This document shows, piece after piece, positions 1 through 9,544 of a DNA stretch of 64,000 bases. The position numbers and the translations under genes were made by a program. The DNA comes from a phage. How positions within the stretch are numbered: position 1 is the first letter of the stretch; every line of letters starts with the position of its first letter. The notes beneath the pieces are model-generated. The model did not search any database. It was given only the letters and a program-made list of their open reading frames with translations, and was not told the DNA's origin. The stretch is from the NCBI GenBank assembly GCA_025677605.1, contig GCA_025677605.1_4110.1; one strand, given 5' to 3'.

Positions 1-222
1 TAAGTGTTTTGCATCTTCATCAATCCAATCCTGAAACTGACCATTGTTTACGAGATGTTTATTAACATCACAACAGTTAGGTTGCTTTGATGGTGTACCG
101 TTATATCCAGTACTCAATACTCGGTTATTCTTTACAATAACACAACCTACTTTCTGGGAAAGACACTTACTTTCCTCAGCAACGACACTGGCTATCTTCA
201 ACCACGTTGTATGTTTCATCAT
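1..222 (-). CDS. cd: dCMP deaminase, N-terminal part (gene continues beyond left edge of window)
   Basis: Minus-strand frame absent from the ORF track because it runs off the window: MMKHTTWLKIASVVAEESKCLSQKVGCVIVKNNRVLSTGYNGTPSKQPNCCDVNKH... This matches the ESKC..KVGAVI..R(I/V)xSTGYNG.P...NCCD N-terminal pattern I recall for T4 Cd / ComEB-type deaminases. The HAE and PCxxC zinc motifs would lie outside the window. Confidence 0.85.
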   Translation of the reverse strand, partial: MMKHTTWLKIASVVAEESKCLSQKVGCVIVKNNRVLSTGYNGTPSKQPNCCDVNKHLVNNGQFQDWIDEDAKHL

Positions 223-697
223 ATGTCCCTAAATTGGTTAATAGTTCTTTACAGATCTGATGTGTACGTAAAATACGCATATAGTCTACTATATCTTTCT
301 GTGTAATGTCAAATGGTTTTGAGCTATAAACATTCCAGCAACGAACGATTTCCAGAATGAAATCCACTTCCTTATTCATAATCTTATCAACTGCCACGAT
401 AACATCTTTTTCGTTTTGTTCTAATGTACGACCAGTATCTGAAAAAATCCCACCTAATGTGAACATCGCCCCACTATACAACCCAATAAAAATATCAGAT
501 GGTTTGTACATATTATACATAGTAAGTGCATAAATTTTCATGAAGATATTACGGTGAAAGTGTTTGTATGTTTTTTCTTTAGCTTCGTCTGATACACGGT
601 CAGCTTCCGAAATACATTGTCGCACAAGTTCCAACGTATTGTTTACGTTCTTTAGCCAAATATCAGTATCTTCTTGTGATAATTGATTATAGTTCAT
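176..697 (-). CDS. hypothetical protein (173 aa)
   Basis: ORF-track ORF in the uninterrupted minus-strand gene train. Its 3' end overlaps the cd start by 47 nt. No motif recognised. Confidence 0.55.
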   Translation of the reverse strand: MNYNQLSQEDTDIWLKNVNNTLELVRQCISEADRVSDEAKEKTYKHFHRNIFMKIYALTMYNMYKPSDIFIGLYSGAMFTLGGIFSDTGRTLEQNEKDVIVAVDKIMNKEVDFILEIVRCWNVYSSKPFDITQKDIVDYMRILRTHQICKELLTNLGTYDETYNVVEDSQCRC

Positions 698-698
698 A

Positions 699-1208
699 TC
701 ACTCCTTTAATTTTAAAGATTCAACCATCTCTTCACACATTTTCATGTGATGATATTGTTTTTCATCTAAAGTATATGGGATATTACGACCTTGTAAATC
801 CATACTAATATCATAATTTCTATACATAAATGACGAGTGCTTAATCATAAATGTTACAGCTTCCCAAACTTTACCCGATTCTTCATATATTTCCTTAGTA
901 TTGATTGATGTTAATTTTCTAATTTTTTTAATATCCATACCAACAATTGTTGAATTGAAATCAAGTCCAATGTAATTAAAATTCATACAATTATATCTTA
1001 ATACTAGTCCATCTCCCTCAGTTATAGTAGTAAGAAACCACTGGTAATCATTAATTTTATGATACCATTTTCTTGTATTCAAATAATTATCGTACCATTT
1101 CTTGGTTATTTCTATTGCTTCAGTACTGATATTTTTTGCGTACTCATTTATTAAAAACATATTTTTTGAGAACTCAATACTGCTTTCTTTAGTGATTTTA
1201 AAGATCAT
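699..1208 (-). CDS. hypothetical protein (169 aa)
   Basis: ORF-track ORF with tight junctions to neighbours. No motif recognised. Confidence 0.6.
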   Translation of the reverse strand: MIFKITKESSIEFSKNMFLINEYAKNISTEAIEITKKWYDNYLNTRKWYHKINDYQWFLTTITEGDGLVLRYNCMNFNYIGLDFNSTIVGMDIKKIRKLTSINTKEIYEESGKVWEAVTFMIKHSSFMYRNYDISMDLQGRNIPYTLDEKQYHHMKMCEEMVESLKLKE

Positions 1209-1561
1209 TAAAGTATTACCTCCTTCCTAGTGTTACTTGCGTCGCACCAATAAAAGACGTGCCAGTCAGGAAACTCCTTCTTTATTTGTACTGCACAAGC
1301 TTGACTTAATATATGTGATGCTTGTTGGATCATAAACATCCCAGGTGCTTCCACATTTATCATATCCGATGGTGACAGATATGAACTCCAATTGGATGCC
1401 TCCCAAATTTGCTGGTAAACATACAAGCTATGCATTAAACCTGCACTAAAAAGTTTTTTGTATCCATCAAGATCATCATTAATCCAATAGTCTCCTGTTT
1501 CAGAAGTCCATATAGGATCAGATGAATAATCCATATCAACAGAAATGTAAACTTTACTCAT
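1208..1561 (-). CDS. hypothetical protein (117 aa)
   Basis: ORF-track ORF with a 1-nt overlap to the downstream gene. No motif recognised. Confidence 0.6.
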   Translation of the reverse strand: MSKVYISVDMDYSSDPIWTSETGDYWINDDLDGYKKLFSAGLMHSLYVYQQIWEASNWSSYLSPSDMINVEAPGMFMIQQASHILSQACAVQIKKEFPDWHVFYWCDASNTRKEVIL

Positions 1562-1609
1562 ATAATTTACCTATGCGAAAAGGGAGTACAATGACTCCCA
1601 TTTATTTAA

Positions 1610-2056
1610 TCACTTTTCGGTCGGTGTATAGTTATATTGTTGACAATCTTCAACAGTTAATACACCTTCATCGTAGCCGTACTGAAGTACAATATCAAAT
1701 GCTTCATCTACCATAGTAACAACATCACGATAACGGACAATAGTATGTGCACGTTTTTCAACAGCTTTCATGATACCCATTAGCAGCCATTTACCTTCGT
1801 CGGTATGTAGTTTTGCAAAACGTGGTCGTTTAGTTGCTGCCATAATATCAGTCCAATCAGCCTTAAAGACTTCAGGACGTTTAGGTATATCAAACAATGT
1901 AGTTGGGAAGGTTACATTGTTTTTCTTCATTGCGTCAGCTTGTGCAGCACGATAGCCTTGACGGAAAATTGGATGCTGCATTTTAAGTTGTTCTGGTGAC
2001 AATACTAGTTTATTTTTAAACGCATCATAACCATCTTTGTATTGTTCATTAGCCAT
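1610..2056 (-). CDS. hypothetical protein (149 aa; start trimmed from ORF-track 2149)
   Basis: The internal ATG at 2056 (MANEQYKDGY...) is preceded by AAGGAA and sits 4 nt after the stop of the upstream gene. The longer ORF would overlap that gene by about 90 nt. Confidence 0.55.
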   Translation of the reverse strand: MANEQYKDGYDAFKNKLVLSPEQLKMQHPIFRQGYRAAQADAMKKNNVTFPTTLFDIPKRPEVFKADWTDIMAATKRPRFAKLHTDEGKWLLMGIMKAVEKRAHTIVRYRDVVTMVDEAFDIVLQYGYDEGVLTVEDCQQYNYTPTEK

Positions 2057-2060
2057 TGTA

Positions 2061-2354
2061 TTATTCCTTATCTTCTGTGCTGACAGCTTTTTTCTCGTTG
2101 AATGAACCGTGTTCGGCTCGCAAATTTGCAGCATATTGCACCGCATCAATTGGTTTAATATTGTTCTTCATAAGAACTTCTTGCATCAATTCAAGAATTT
2201 CAGCCATACCAACCAGTAGGTCTTCTGATTCTTTAATGTCTTTTAGTGCTAACGCTTGAGTACTGATCTGCTCTAGTGCAGTACTGATGAATTCCGAATC
2301 ATCAAGAATTTCAACTTCTTCAGTGCTAGAGTTTCGTACAAGTTTCTTTGACAT
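2061..2354 (-). CDS. hypothetical acidic protein (97 aa)
   Basis: ORF-track ORF with TAAGGAG upstream of the ATG. No motif recognised. Confidence 0.6.
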   Translation of the reverse strand: MSKKLVRNSSTEEVEILDDSEFISTALEQISTQALALKDIKESEDLLVGMAEILELMQEVLMKNNIKPIDAVQYAANLRAEHGSFNEKKAVSTEDKE

Positions 2355-2365
2355 TTTAACTCCTT

Positions 2366-2391
2366 AGAAAATGCCCCACAAAGTGAGGCAT
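2366..2391 (-). terminator. possible intrinsic terminator / stabilising hairpin after clpP
   Basis: Minus strand reads ATGCCTCAC-TTT-GTGGGGCAT (9-bp stem including one G.U) followed by TTTC. The U-tract is short. Confidence 0.45.
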
Positions 2392-2417
2392 AATATATTT
2401 TAAGTTTTAGTACTGAA

Positions 2418-3113
2418 TTATACCCACTCTTCCACGCCACCGCGACGTTTAACTAGGTATTGACCTTTTTCATTACGTGGACCAAGGATAATACCATCGA
2501 TAAATCCAAGTTCACCATACTCAAGTGCTTCATCTGCACTCAACCACAAATCGCGGTCCGCATCTTCTAGTAGTTTTTCATGAGAAACACCTACAGCTTC
2601 AGCGATTTCTTTCGTCAGCAATGTGTTCAATGCATCAGAGTGTTTTAGTGCAATTTTCTGATCAGTGATCAGACCTTGTGTACCAGAACTTACTTGGTGA
2701 CACATAAAGTACGAGCGTTTACCACCAAGACGATAACCTTTAGTACCAACTACTGATTGTGTGTAGCAACCCATTGATGCTGCATAACCCATCACTACTG
2801 TGCGGATTGGTGATACACAAGATTTAGCAATATCAGAAATACCCAAACCTGCATGAACACTACCACCCGGCGAGGAAATATAAAGAGTAATTGGTTCAGA
2901 ACCTTGAGAATCCAACCACACCAATTGTTGCTTGATGATATGTGCCATCTGGTCGTTGAAATCAGTATCAAGGAAAATGATACGGTCTTGCATCATACGA
3001 GATGCTAGATCATAAGTACGTTCGTTGCCATTAACTTTTTCAACTACATATGGAATTGAAATGTTAGTTGTTTCACCATTCGCATAACCACCAAACATAA
3101 ATTGTTGAGTCAT
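2418..3113 (-). CDS. clpP: ClpP-family ATP-dependent Clp protease proteolytic subunit
   Basis: Collinear with the bacterial ClpP pattern: IPYVVE..ERTYDLASRMMQDRIIFL, YISSPGGSV, GYAASMG (Ser), MCHQ (His), DADRD (Asp), EALEYG.ID. Confidence 0.9.
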   Translation of the reverse strand: MTQQFMFGGYANGETTNISIPYVVEKVNGNERTYDLASRMMQDRIIFLDTDFNDQMAHIIKQQLVWLDSQGSEPITLYISSPGGSVHAGLGISDIAKSCVSPIRTVVMGYAASMGCYTQSVVGTKGYRLGGKRSYFMCHQVSSGTQGLITDQKIALKHSDALNTLLTKEIAEAVGVSHEKLLEDADRDLWLSADEALEYGELGFIDGIILGPRNEKGQYLVKRRGGVEEWV

Positions 3114-3148
3114 TGTATATTTTCCTCTATTGTTTCATTGATGTGAGT

Positions 3149-3176
3149 ATTATATCACAGTGTTCGTATTTGTCTA
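3149..3176 (-). promoter_or_regulatory. sigma70-like promoter upstream of clpP (TAGACA-N16-TGaTATAAT)
   Basis: Read on the minus strand in the 60-nt gap before clpP. It has an extended -10 TG and overlaps the stop of the upstream ORF. Confidence 0.4.
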
Positions 3177-3557
3177 CAATTTTCTTGTAAAATCTAGTAA
3201 ACCGTAAATTGTTTCTTTGTTGTACAGAGTTGGGTCTATCTTCAGTAACCTAACCATACCTGTATCATACACAGAAGTGTTGGTAATGTCAAACAAAGAA
3301 TGCGTATAATATTGGTCAGTACTGACATAAATGAAGAATTCGTTCGATTTATCTAAATCTTCAAAGAAAACTGCATCATAGTATTCAGCACGACCATCAA
3401 TATACACTTCAACTGAATCATCATCCAGCCAGTAGTGAGAGATTTCAGTACTGTTCTGTTGTAACTTTGTTTCACCTCTAGTGTGGTGTAAGTTTGCATT
3501 TAACACGTACTTGATTTCGTTATTATATACAATTGTGTACACAGTAATAATTTTCAT
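3174..3557 (-). CDS. hypothetical protein (127 aa)
   Basis: ORF-track ORF. No motif recognised. Confidence 0.6.
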   Translation of the reverse strand: MKIITVYTIVYNNEIKYVLNANLHHTRGETKLQQNSTEISHYWLDDDSVEVYIDGRAEYYDAVFFEDLDKSNEFFIYVSTDQYYTHSLFDITNTSVYDTGMVRLLKIDPTLYNKETIYGLLDFTRKL

Positions 3558-3952
3558 CAGTACTCCCTAATTGATACCAGTGCGTTAAGAAATTCTAAAC
3601 GAATTCCACATGGTATGGTATCAAAATCAACCTCAATCATTCTTAATGAATCAGGGATTTCATTTCTAAAGAACATATTACATGCAAAAGTACTGAAAGG
3701 TAACACATCACCTTTACTATCATCACAAACAACAACGTACACTTTACCACTAAAAGAATCCAAATCATCTGCTCTCTGGATATCACGACTATAGTGATAC
3801 CTATCTTTCAGTACTGAGTTGATTCCTTTCTTATCATCATAGAATTGAACTTTATCACAATATGTCACCAGACGCATACCATATCTTTGGAACATACGAG
3901 CACTTCCATTGATTACGATCATTTTGTCTTTTGTATGCAATGTATATATCAT
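3557..3952 (-). CDS. hypothetical protein (131 aa)
   Basis: ORF-track ORF. No motif recognised. Confidence 0.6.
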   Translation of the reverse strand: MIYTLHTKDKMIVINGSARMFQRYGMRLVTYCDKVQFYDDKKGINSVLKDRYHYSRDIQRADDLDSFSGKVYVVVCDDSKGDVLPFSTFACNMFFRNEIPDSLRMIEVDFDTIPCGIRLEFLNALVSIREY

Positions 3953-3961
3953 AGTAATCCC

Positions 3962-4753
3962 TTAGATTTCGAATACCAATTTAGGATTGTAATCGAAATT
4001 CTCACAAGCTCCACTATAAGATTCGTAACCTCTTGGATTACAAATGATACGTGTCTTACCGATGTGGTAATCAAAGCTACTATGAACATGACCATGAATC
4101 CAAACATCAGCACCCAAATCTTCAATGTACTGATCCATGTCTGAACAGTAACAACCATTCAGTGAATCGTTTTTATATTTTGGTGAAACACTTTGAAAAC
4201 TCGGTGCGTGATGGGTAATCACGATGACCTTGAAATCATTATCCTGCATTAAGCGTACTGTGTCAACTGAATTTTTGATAAATTGTTTATCTTTGTGATG
4301 CATGAACTCAGTATCTTCTGGTGTCAGTTTCTTACGCCAAGGCTCGGATGTTGTTCCATGACGGATGTGTTTATAATCGTTCATCTTCTGACGAGCATCA
4401 AACTTCGTCATGGAATTACCTTTGTCAAAGTCTGTCCACAGAGTACTACCAACGAGCAAAACACCATCCAGCCATACAAATTTGTTTTGCAAAAAGATGA
4501 AATTAGGAAACTCATCTTGTATATCGGACAGTACTTGATGCGTTTTGTAAATGTTCGAACCGTAGTACTCGTGGTTGCCAGGAACCAGTACTACATTCTT
4601 GAACTGCTTACACAGTGATTCGATGCCAGTACGATAACGGCTGCGTTTAACTTCATCGAAATCCCCTGCAATGATCAGTACTGTGTCACTGTAATCACCA
4701 CTGTGGAGGTAATCAGTGCCACCGTGCACATCAGATGTTACGACAAATTTCAT
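3962..4753 (-). CDS. calcineurin-like metallophosphoesterase (264 aa; start trimmed)
   Basis: Motifs DVHGG, GDFD, GNHEYY, THHAP and GHVH occur in canonical order. The ATG at 4753 (MKFVVTSDVHG) is preceded by GGAGGT. The ORF-track start at 4825 would overlap the ligase gene. Confidence 0.8.
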   Translation of the reverse strand: MKFVVTSDVHGGTDYLHSGDYSDTVLIIAGDFDEVKRSRYRTGIESLCKQFKNVVLVPGNHEYYGSNIYKTHQVLSDIQDEFPNFIFLQNKFVWLDGVLLVGSTLWTDFDKGNSMTKFDARQKMNDYKHIRHGTTSEPWRKKLTPEDTEFMHHKDKQFIKNSVDTVRLMQDNDFKVIVITHHAPSFQSVSPKYKNDSLNGCYCSDMDQYIEDLGADVWIHGHVHSSFDYHIGKTRIICNPRGYESYSGACENFDYNPKLVFEI

Positions 4754-4772
4754 AATTACCTCCAATAAATGT

Positions 4773-6191
4773 TTAGCCAAGTGATTCAATAATACTGTTT
4801 GAGAAGACCTCAACTGCACTATCACGAATTTCTAAGATACGAGTATAATCGTCACAAGTGTTTTTGTCAAATCTAAATTCAATAAACACTGGTAAGAATA
4901 GTGATGGTTCACCAGTACGCTTATCATATACTACGTCATTGCACTCAATTGTAACAACTTTGCCAATGAGTTCTTGCATTCTTTCCCAAATGGTTTTAAA
5001 TGTCCATTCAGCATCTTTCTCTTTAATGCCTGTTCCTACGCTTACTTTTAGTGTACCACAAGCACTTTCCAGTTGTAAAGAACCAAGCATACCTTTACGC
5101 TTACCTTCACCTTCATTGAAACCAACAATACGCAAGTCCAGTTGCATTTTCAATTTCATTTTCAACTGCTTAGGAGAAGTATGAGATTTCCAGATACCAT
5201 CTTCACATTTCAGTACTGAACCTTCTTCACCTGAACTCATGAGTTCAGAGTTGTAAGCAAAGGCTTCTTTGAGATCCTTCACCTTACGATATCCAACCAT
5301 ACGCACGAATTCACTACCTAATGCATTGATTGCACCTTCAAGAATCTCGCGACGTTCCTTACGTTTCACATCCCAGATACCAGCACAATAAGCATCATAT
5401 GGCACTACATCCCAGAGAACGAATACAGTACGCATTGCTTCGTTTTGGGTGATAGTATCCTTACCAGCTTTCTGAATGATGCCGTTACCAGTTGTACGTG
5501 GAAGAATAGTTTCCCCATCAGTATCCAGTACTAAACCCTCGCCCATAAAGACTACACCACTACTGAAACGTTCATCTGTACTTTGAATATGATGAGCAAG
5601 TCCAGCCATTTCAGCATCACGACAACCGAGGAAGTCATAAATCTTACCATTACGGGAAGTGGATGTTAATGATGCATTGATAACAACGTGGTTCAAGTAC
5701 TGACCATCCATCTTAACTTCAGCAACGGCATAACCATAATCTTTGAAGTTGATGTTCTTAGCAGTTTTCTTGTCAATCAATGAACAACGCATATAAGGTT
5801 CATCTTTAATAAAGCCTTTACCGAATACATCATTACAGTTCTTTTCCTGAATACCACAATCAAGGTTCTTCGTGAGCATTTTACGGAGAACTTCCTGATC
5901 ATCTTCAGATACGGAACCCAGTACTGAAGCAATGAAATCACGCCCCGTATTACCCGTCACACCACGCTTATAGATGCATTCTAGCTTATCAATAGCTTCA
6001 TCTAACGTCATATGTTGATACACGTCAGCAGCGTCTGGTAGCTTCTTATAGCCACTTACGATAGTAGGGTCTAGCGTATATTTCAGTACTTTTTTGAGTG
6101 TTTCATTGTTTTTGTTTTCTTCAAGGATTGCTTTCTTACCAAGTGTACTTGAAGTCTTTTTGATTTGTTCCAGAATTGCTAAAATGCTCAT
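4773..6191 (-). CDS. ATP-dependent DNA ligase (T4 gp30-like)
   Basis: N-terminus MSILAILEQIKKTSSTLGKKAILEENKNNETLKKV parallels T4 ligase MILKILNEIASIGSTKQKQAILEKNKDNELLKRV (recalled). It has the adenylation motif AEVKMDGQ (KxDG), and its length (472 aa) is similar to T4 gp30. Confidence 0.9.
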   Translation of the reverse strand: MSILAILEQIKKTSSTLGKKAILEENKNNETLKKVLKYTLDPTIVSGYKKLPDAADVYQHMTLDEAIDKLECIYKRGVTGNTGRDFIASVLGSVSEDDQEVLRKMLTKNLDCGIQEKNCNDVFGKGFIKDEPYMRCSLIDKKTAKNINFKDYGYAVAEVKMDGQYLNHVVINASLTSTSRNGKIYDFLGCRDAEMAGLAHHIQSTDERFSSGVVFMGEGLVLDTDGETILPRTTGNGIIQKAGKDTITQNEAMRTVFVLWDVVPYDAYCAGIWDVKRKERREILEGAINALGSEFVRMVGYRKVKDLKEAFAYNSELMSSGEEGSVLKCEDGIWKSHTSPKQLKMKLKMQLDLRIVGFNEGEGKRKGMLGSLQLESACGTLKVSVGTGIKEKDAEWTFKTIWERMQELIGKVVTIECNDVVYDKRTGEPSLFLPVFIEFRFDKNTCDDYTRILEIRDSAVEVFSNSIIESLG

Positions 6192-6200
6192 TATATTCCC

Positions 6201-7397
6201 TTATAGATAATAGGTTCCATAAAAAATAGGACAGTCAGTGCTAATATGAACCATAGTTTTTTTATTAGATTCTGATGAATTATTACTATATCGTTTGGTC
6301 GGTGGATAGAAAGGTGAATTATAACCACGCCATGTATTGAAAGATGTATGTTCATCGATATCAACATCCATTGACATTACACCATTCGCATCAACTTCTA
6401 CTGGGTATCCGCAGTATTTTTCAAAATCACCCTTGTACGCTATAGAATAATCATGGCGATAATATCCATAGGAATTTCTGCTGTTGTTATCTGAAATACC
6501 AAAGAATACACGATATTTTTGACCATTCTGTTCAGTCATGAATAATACGTTTTCATTGAAACGACCATTAACAAGAACGTCTTTAGTGATTTCAGTGTAT
6601 TTTACTTTCATATCAGTACTTTTAAATGATTTAGTACTGATCAGTACTGGCCTATTACATTCACCTAATGCGTTCTCAGTTCGCATTCGGTACGTATTGA
6701 AATATGCATTTGCTTTAACAATTTCAGCTTCCATTGTTGTTTTAACGTTATGGAGTGCTCTGGGTGTTAATTCGTATCGGTCAAGGCTTGCACATACACC
6801 ATATGTACCATCAGCGATACAATACACCATATGATAGAAAGAACTTTTGTTAGGTAAAGAGAATTCTTTAGTTTTCTTCAAACAAAGAGCATGAACGCGA
6901 CCACAATAGTAGTACTCTTTTTTGTTATAAAGGAATCCATCACCAACTTTCAACTCACCAACAACGCTTTTACGTTCTTCAGCTTTTTCTTGCTTCTCTT
7001 GCATCTTAGCAAATGTTTTTGTATTACCATTGATGAGTTCAAGATTATTATTAAAGAACATAGCATCTTGGAATACACCATTAACGATATCATTGTGTGT
7101 GATTAAGTCCAGCATATTGTTTGCAGTGATATTGAACTCAAATCCTTCTGGGTGACGACAAACAAAATAGGTATCACGCCCACTGTGAATCAATTTTTGA
7201 ACAATAGCAAAACCTTTTTTCGGTTCATTGTCGAGTATAAGTGACGGCATATTATTGGTTCTTGCCCAGTACTCAACACGTTCTTTCTTAGTTTCAAATG
7301 CTTTAGTGTGCATTTTAGTTGCGTCGATAATATATCCGTCAACCTGATCCCCACTAACAAAACGTCTTGCGACGAAAATCTTTTCAGGAAAATTCAT
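6201..7397 (-). CDS. hypothetical protein (398 aa; start trimmed)
   Basis: The ATG at 7397 (MNFPEKIF...) shares one nucleotide with the upstream stop (TGATG junction). The ORF-track start at 7460 would overlap by 64 nt. Confidence 0.6.
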   Translation of the reverse strand: MNFPEKIFVARRFVSGDQVDGYIIDATKMHTKAFETKKERVEYWARTNNMPSLILDNEPKKGFAIVQKLIHSGRDTYFVCRHPEGFEFNITANNMLDLITHNDIVNGVFQDAMFFNNNLELINGNTKTFAKMQEKQEKAEERKSVVGELKVGDGFLYNKKEYYYCGRVHALCLKKTKEFSLPNKSSFYHMVYCIADGTYGVCASLDRYELTPRALHNVKTTMEAEIVKANAYFNTYRMRTENALGECNRPVLISTKSFKSTDMKVKYTEITKDVLVNGRFNENVLFMTEQNGQKYRVFFGISDNNSRNSYGYYRHDYSIAYKGDFEKYCGYPVEVDANGVMSMDVDIDEHTSFNTWRGYNSPFYPPTKRYSNNSSESNKKTMVHISTDCPIFYGTYYL

Positions 7398-7816
7398 CAA
7401 ATAGTCCTCATTGTACTCATAGCTTTTAGTGTTTCGTACATATGACCGTATTTGTGACATAGCTGTAAATCAGTCATTGGGTCGTTAGTACGCATCAGTG
7501 CCATGTCATCAATCATTTCTTCAGTGCATAGTACTGCTACACTAGTGAGGGTATCGTTCAAACCTGGTTCATTGAATTTAGCAAATGGAACCTTGCCCTG
7601 TTTGGATAGATTCTCGTAATGAGTGGTTAATTTATCTTGGTTGCCAGCATTGAGAATTACAATAGTTTCGTGCTCATTATACCATTTATCGATTAGAGTA
7701 CTGAATACTGAACCTTCATAATCTTTGACGAGTTTAATACCAGCATGAAATGCCTGAATGCCAGCCTGAACACCCTGACAGTACATGTTTGTTAAGCAAT
7801 ATAGTTTCACTTCCAT
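7397..7816 (-). CDS. hypothetical protein (139 aa); weak resemblance to PTH2-type fold
   Basis: ORF-track ORF. The pattern QAGIQAFHAG...W...ETIVIL...L..L...GKVPF..F.EPG...TLTSVAVL loosely recalls peptidyl-tRNA hydrolase 2-like proteins. This is unverified. Confidence 0.55.
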   Translation of the reverse strand: MEVKLYCLTNMYCQGVQAGIQAFHAGIKLVKDYEGSVFSTLIDKWYNEHETIVILNAGNQDKLTTHYENLSKQGKVPFAKFNEPGLNDTLTSVAVLCTEEMIDDMALMRTNDPMTDLQLCHKYGHMYETLKAMSTMRTI

Positions 7817-8034
7817 ACCTCTTGTTTTTCTACATATCCTTTACCATCACAATCTGGACATGCATAATATCGACGAAATTCTTCATCGGGAACTTGTTGT
7901 GTTCCGTTACATTTAGGACAAATGCGACGAACACCAGAAATAATACGTTCATGATGCTCAGCTTGTTTAGCTGAATCAAAAATGCGACCATCTTCAGTTT
8001 GATATTTTTCAACCTGAACATAAATTACTTTCAT
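7807..8034 (-). CDS. small zinc-finger protein (DnaJ CR-type CxxCxGxG repeats)
   Basis: CPKCNGTQ ... CPDCDGKGY in a 75-aa protein. Confidence 0.6.
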   Translation of the reverse strand: MKVIYVQVEKYQTEDGRIFDSAKQAEHHERIISGVRRICPKCNGTQQVPDEEFRRYYACPDCDGKGYVEKQEVWK

Positions 8035-8321
8035 TTTATATCCTTATAAAAAGTTAAATCTTCAGTGCTTAATTGTACAAAACATTTGTTAGTTTCATTG
8101 TCAACCAGAATTTCAACATACACCTTCACTTCATGAATTGTTACAATTCTATGAATCACACCAATAGTAGTTCCATCTATATATGGTAGCTCAACCCAAC
8201 GACCAACCAATTTATCACTTAAATGGTCTTTCATTTGTTGGTTGGTATCATTGATTATTGCATCGAGTGATTTTTTAAAAAAGTTAAATTCGGTTAATGC
8301 ACTATCAATCATGTCATGCAT
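8031..8321 (-). CDS. family A small protein
   Basis: Helical N-terminus followed by SDKLVGRWVELP and a beta-rich C-terminus. Confidence 0.6.
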   Translation of the reverse strand: MHDMIDSALTEFNFFKKSLDAIINDTNQQMKDHLSDKLVGRWVELPYIDGTTIGVIHRIVTIHEVKVYVEILVDNETNKCFVQLSTEDLTFYKDIK

Positions 8322-8326
8322 AATAA

Positions 8327-9070
8327 TTACCTTTTGAATCGACTAAATGAATATTCGTCTTTTTCTTTACGCAAATAACGCATCTTACCACCTTGTGGGG
8401 TAGCAATAGTCAAATCACCAGTAAGAAACTGACTGTCAATCCAGATACGGTTACCATAAATGAGGGGATCAAACACGGCAGTATGCCCACTAAGTACATA
8501 ATCTACGTTGGTAATACGTGATGCATTAAAGACGTTGTTGGCTTTACAGAAATCAAATGTCTTTCTGTCCCATAGGCATGACTCAATTGTATCACTGGAC
8601 ATTGATTTTGTCCCAGTAATGAACTTATTCCAGTCAGTGTGCTTAAGGTCTACACTTGCATGTACGAGGCCAATCTTGAGTCCTCTGTGATTGATTTGGA
8701 TAATCATAGGTAGCTGGTTCAAGTACTGACGGAAGAATTCCACTCCTGATACACCAACTTCTTCCAGGAACTTATCGCCCCCATTCTGTGTCCAGCAATG
8801 ATACCAGTCACGATGAGTTGCAGAATCAATACACATCGATTCATGATTGCCCATGATCATATATCGATTCTCAGCGAATAAAAACTCAAACAAAAGGTGA
8901 GCACTTTGCTCACCTCTGTCAATTAAATCGCCTAAACTGAATACATAATCTTCAGGAGTAATACCAAATTCTTTCTTGGTATGTTCCCATAGTTTTGCAT
9001 TACCGTGAATGTCTCCTACTATATACAAATCTTTTTCATCAGGAACTGTTACTTCTAAGAAATGTTTCAT
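8327..9070 (-). CDS. PPP-family Ser/Thr protein phosphatase (lambda PPase / PrpE-like)
   Basis: Motifs GDIHGN, GDLIDRG, GNHE, VHA and GHT occur in canonical order. Confidence 0.85.
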   Translation of the reverse strand: MKHFLEVTVPDEKDLYIVGDIHGNAKLWEHTKKEFGITPEDYVFSLGDLIDRGEQSAHLLFEFLFAENRYMIMGNHESMCIDSATHRDWYHCWTQNGGDKFLEEVGVSGVEFFRQYLNQLPMIIQINHRGLKIGLVHASVDLKHTDWNKFITGTKSMSSDTIESCLWDRKTFDFCKANNVFNASRITNVDYVLSGHTAVFDPLIYGNRIWIDSQFLTGDLTIATPQGGKMRYLRKEKDEYSFSRFKR

Positions 9071-9321
9071 TGTTCTTTAATCCATATAATTTTATCATAG
9101 GTGACAACTTGAGTATTGGCAATTTGGTCATTAACATAGCAATCTACGTAATATCGCACATCACCATAATATGTTCCCATATCTCTTATGCATATTTTTT
9201 GCCAACCTCTGGAGTGTTTAAGAAGAATTTCTTGACCAATATATTTGTGCTTAGCACGTTGGACAAAATCATCAGATAACGATTGTAACATCTTTAACTG
9301 TTCAATTTCCGTCTTTGTCAT
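9067..9321 (-). CDS. family A small protein
   Basis: Motif KHKYIGQEILL followed by a beta-rich C-terminus. Confidence 0.6.
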   Translation of the reverse strand: MTKTEIEQLKMLQSLSDDFVQRAKHKYIGQEILLKHSRGWQKICIRDMGTYYGDVRYYVDCYVNDQIANTQVVTYDKIIWIKEQ

Positions 9322-9544
9322 GTTTCTTCTTCTTGAATTTTGTTAGTGTATCGTAAAAATCTTTACAGATTGAAATGAAAAGATACACCAACGACACAGG
9401 CCACAGTACTGATAACATAGAGCAGGTACTAATATTAATCATTGTGGTAGGGGTATCTTTAAAAGAACCCCAATTGATGATAAGAAAAGTACTGATAAAT
9501 GTACTCAGTACTCCTACACCATACAAAGCAAAAAATAAAATCAT
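9302..9544 (-). CDS. small membrane protein (2 predicted TM helices)
   Basis: Hydrophobic stretches ILFFALYGVGVLSTFISTFLII and CSMLSVLWPVSLVYLFISI. Confidence 0.55.
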   Translation of the reverse strand: MILFFALYGVGVLSTFISTFLIINWGSFKDTPTTMINISTCSMLSVLWPVSLVYLFISICKDFYDTLTKFKKKKHDKDGN

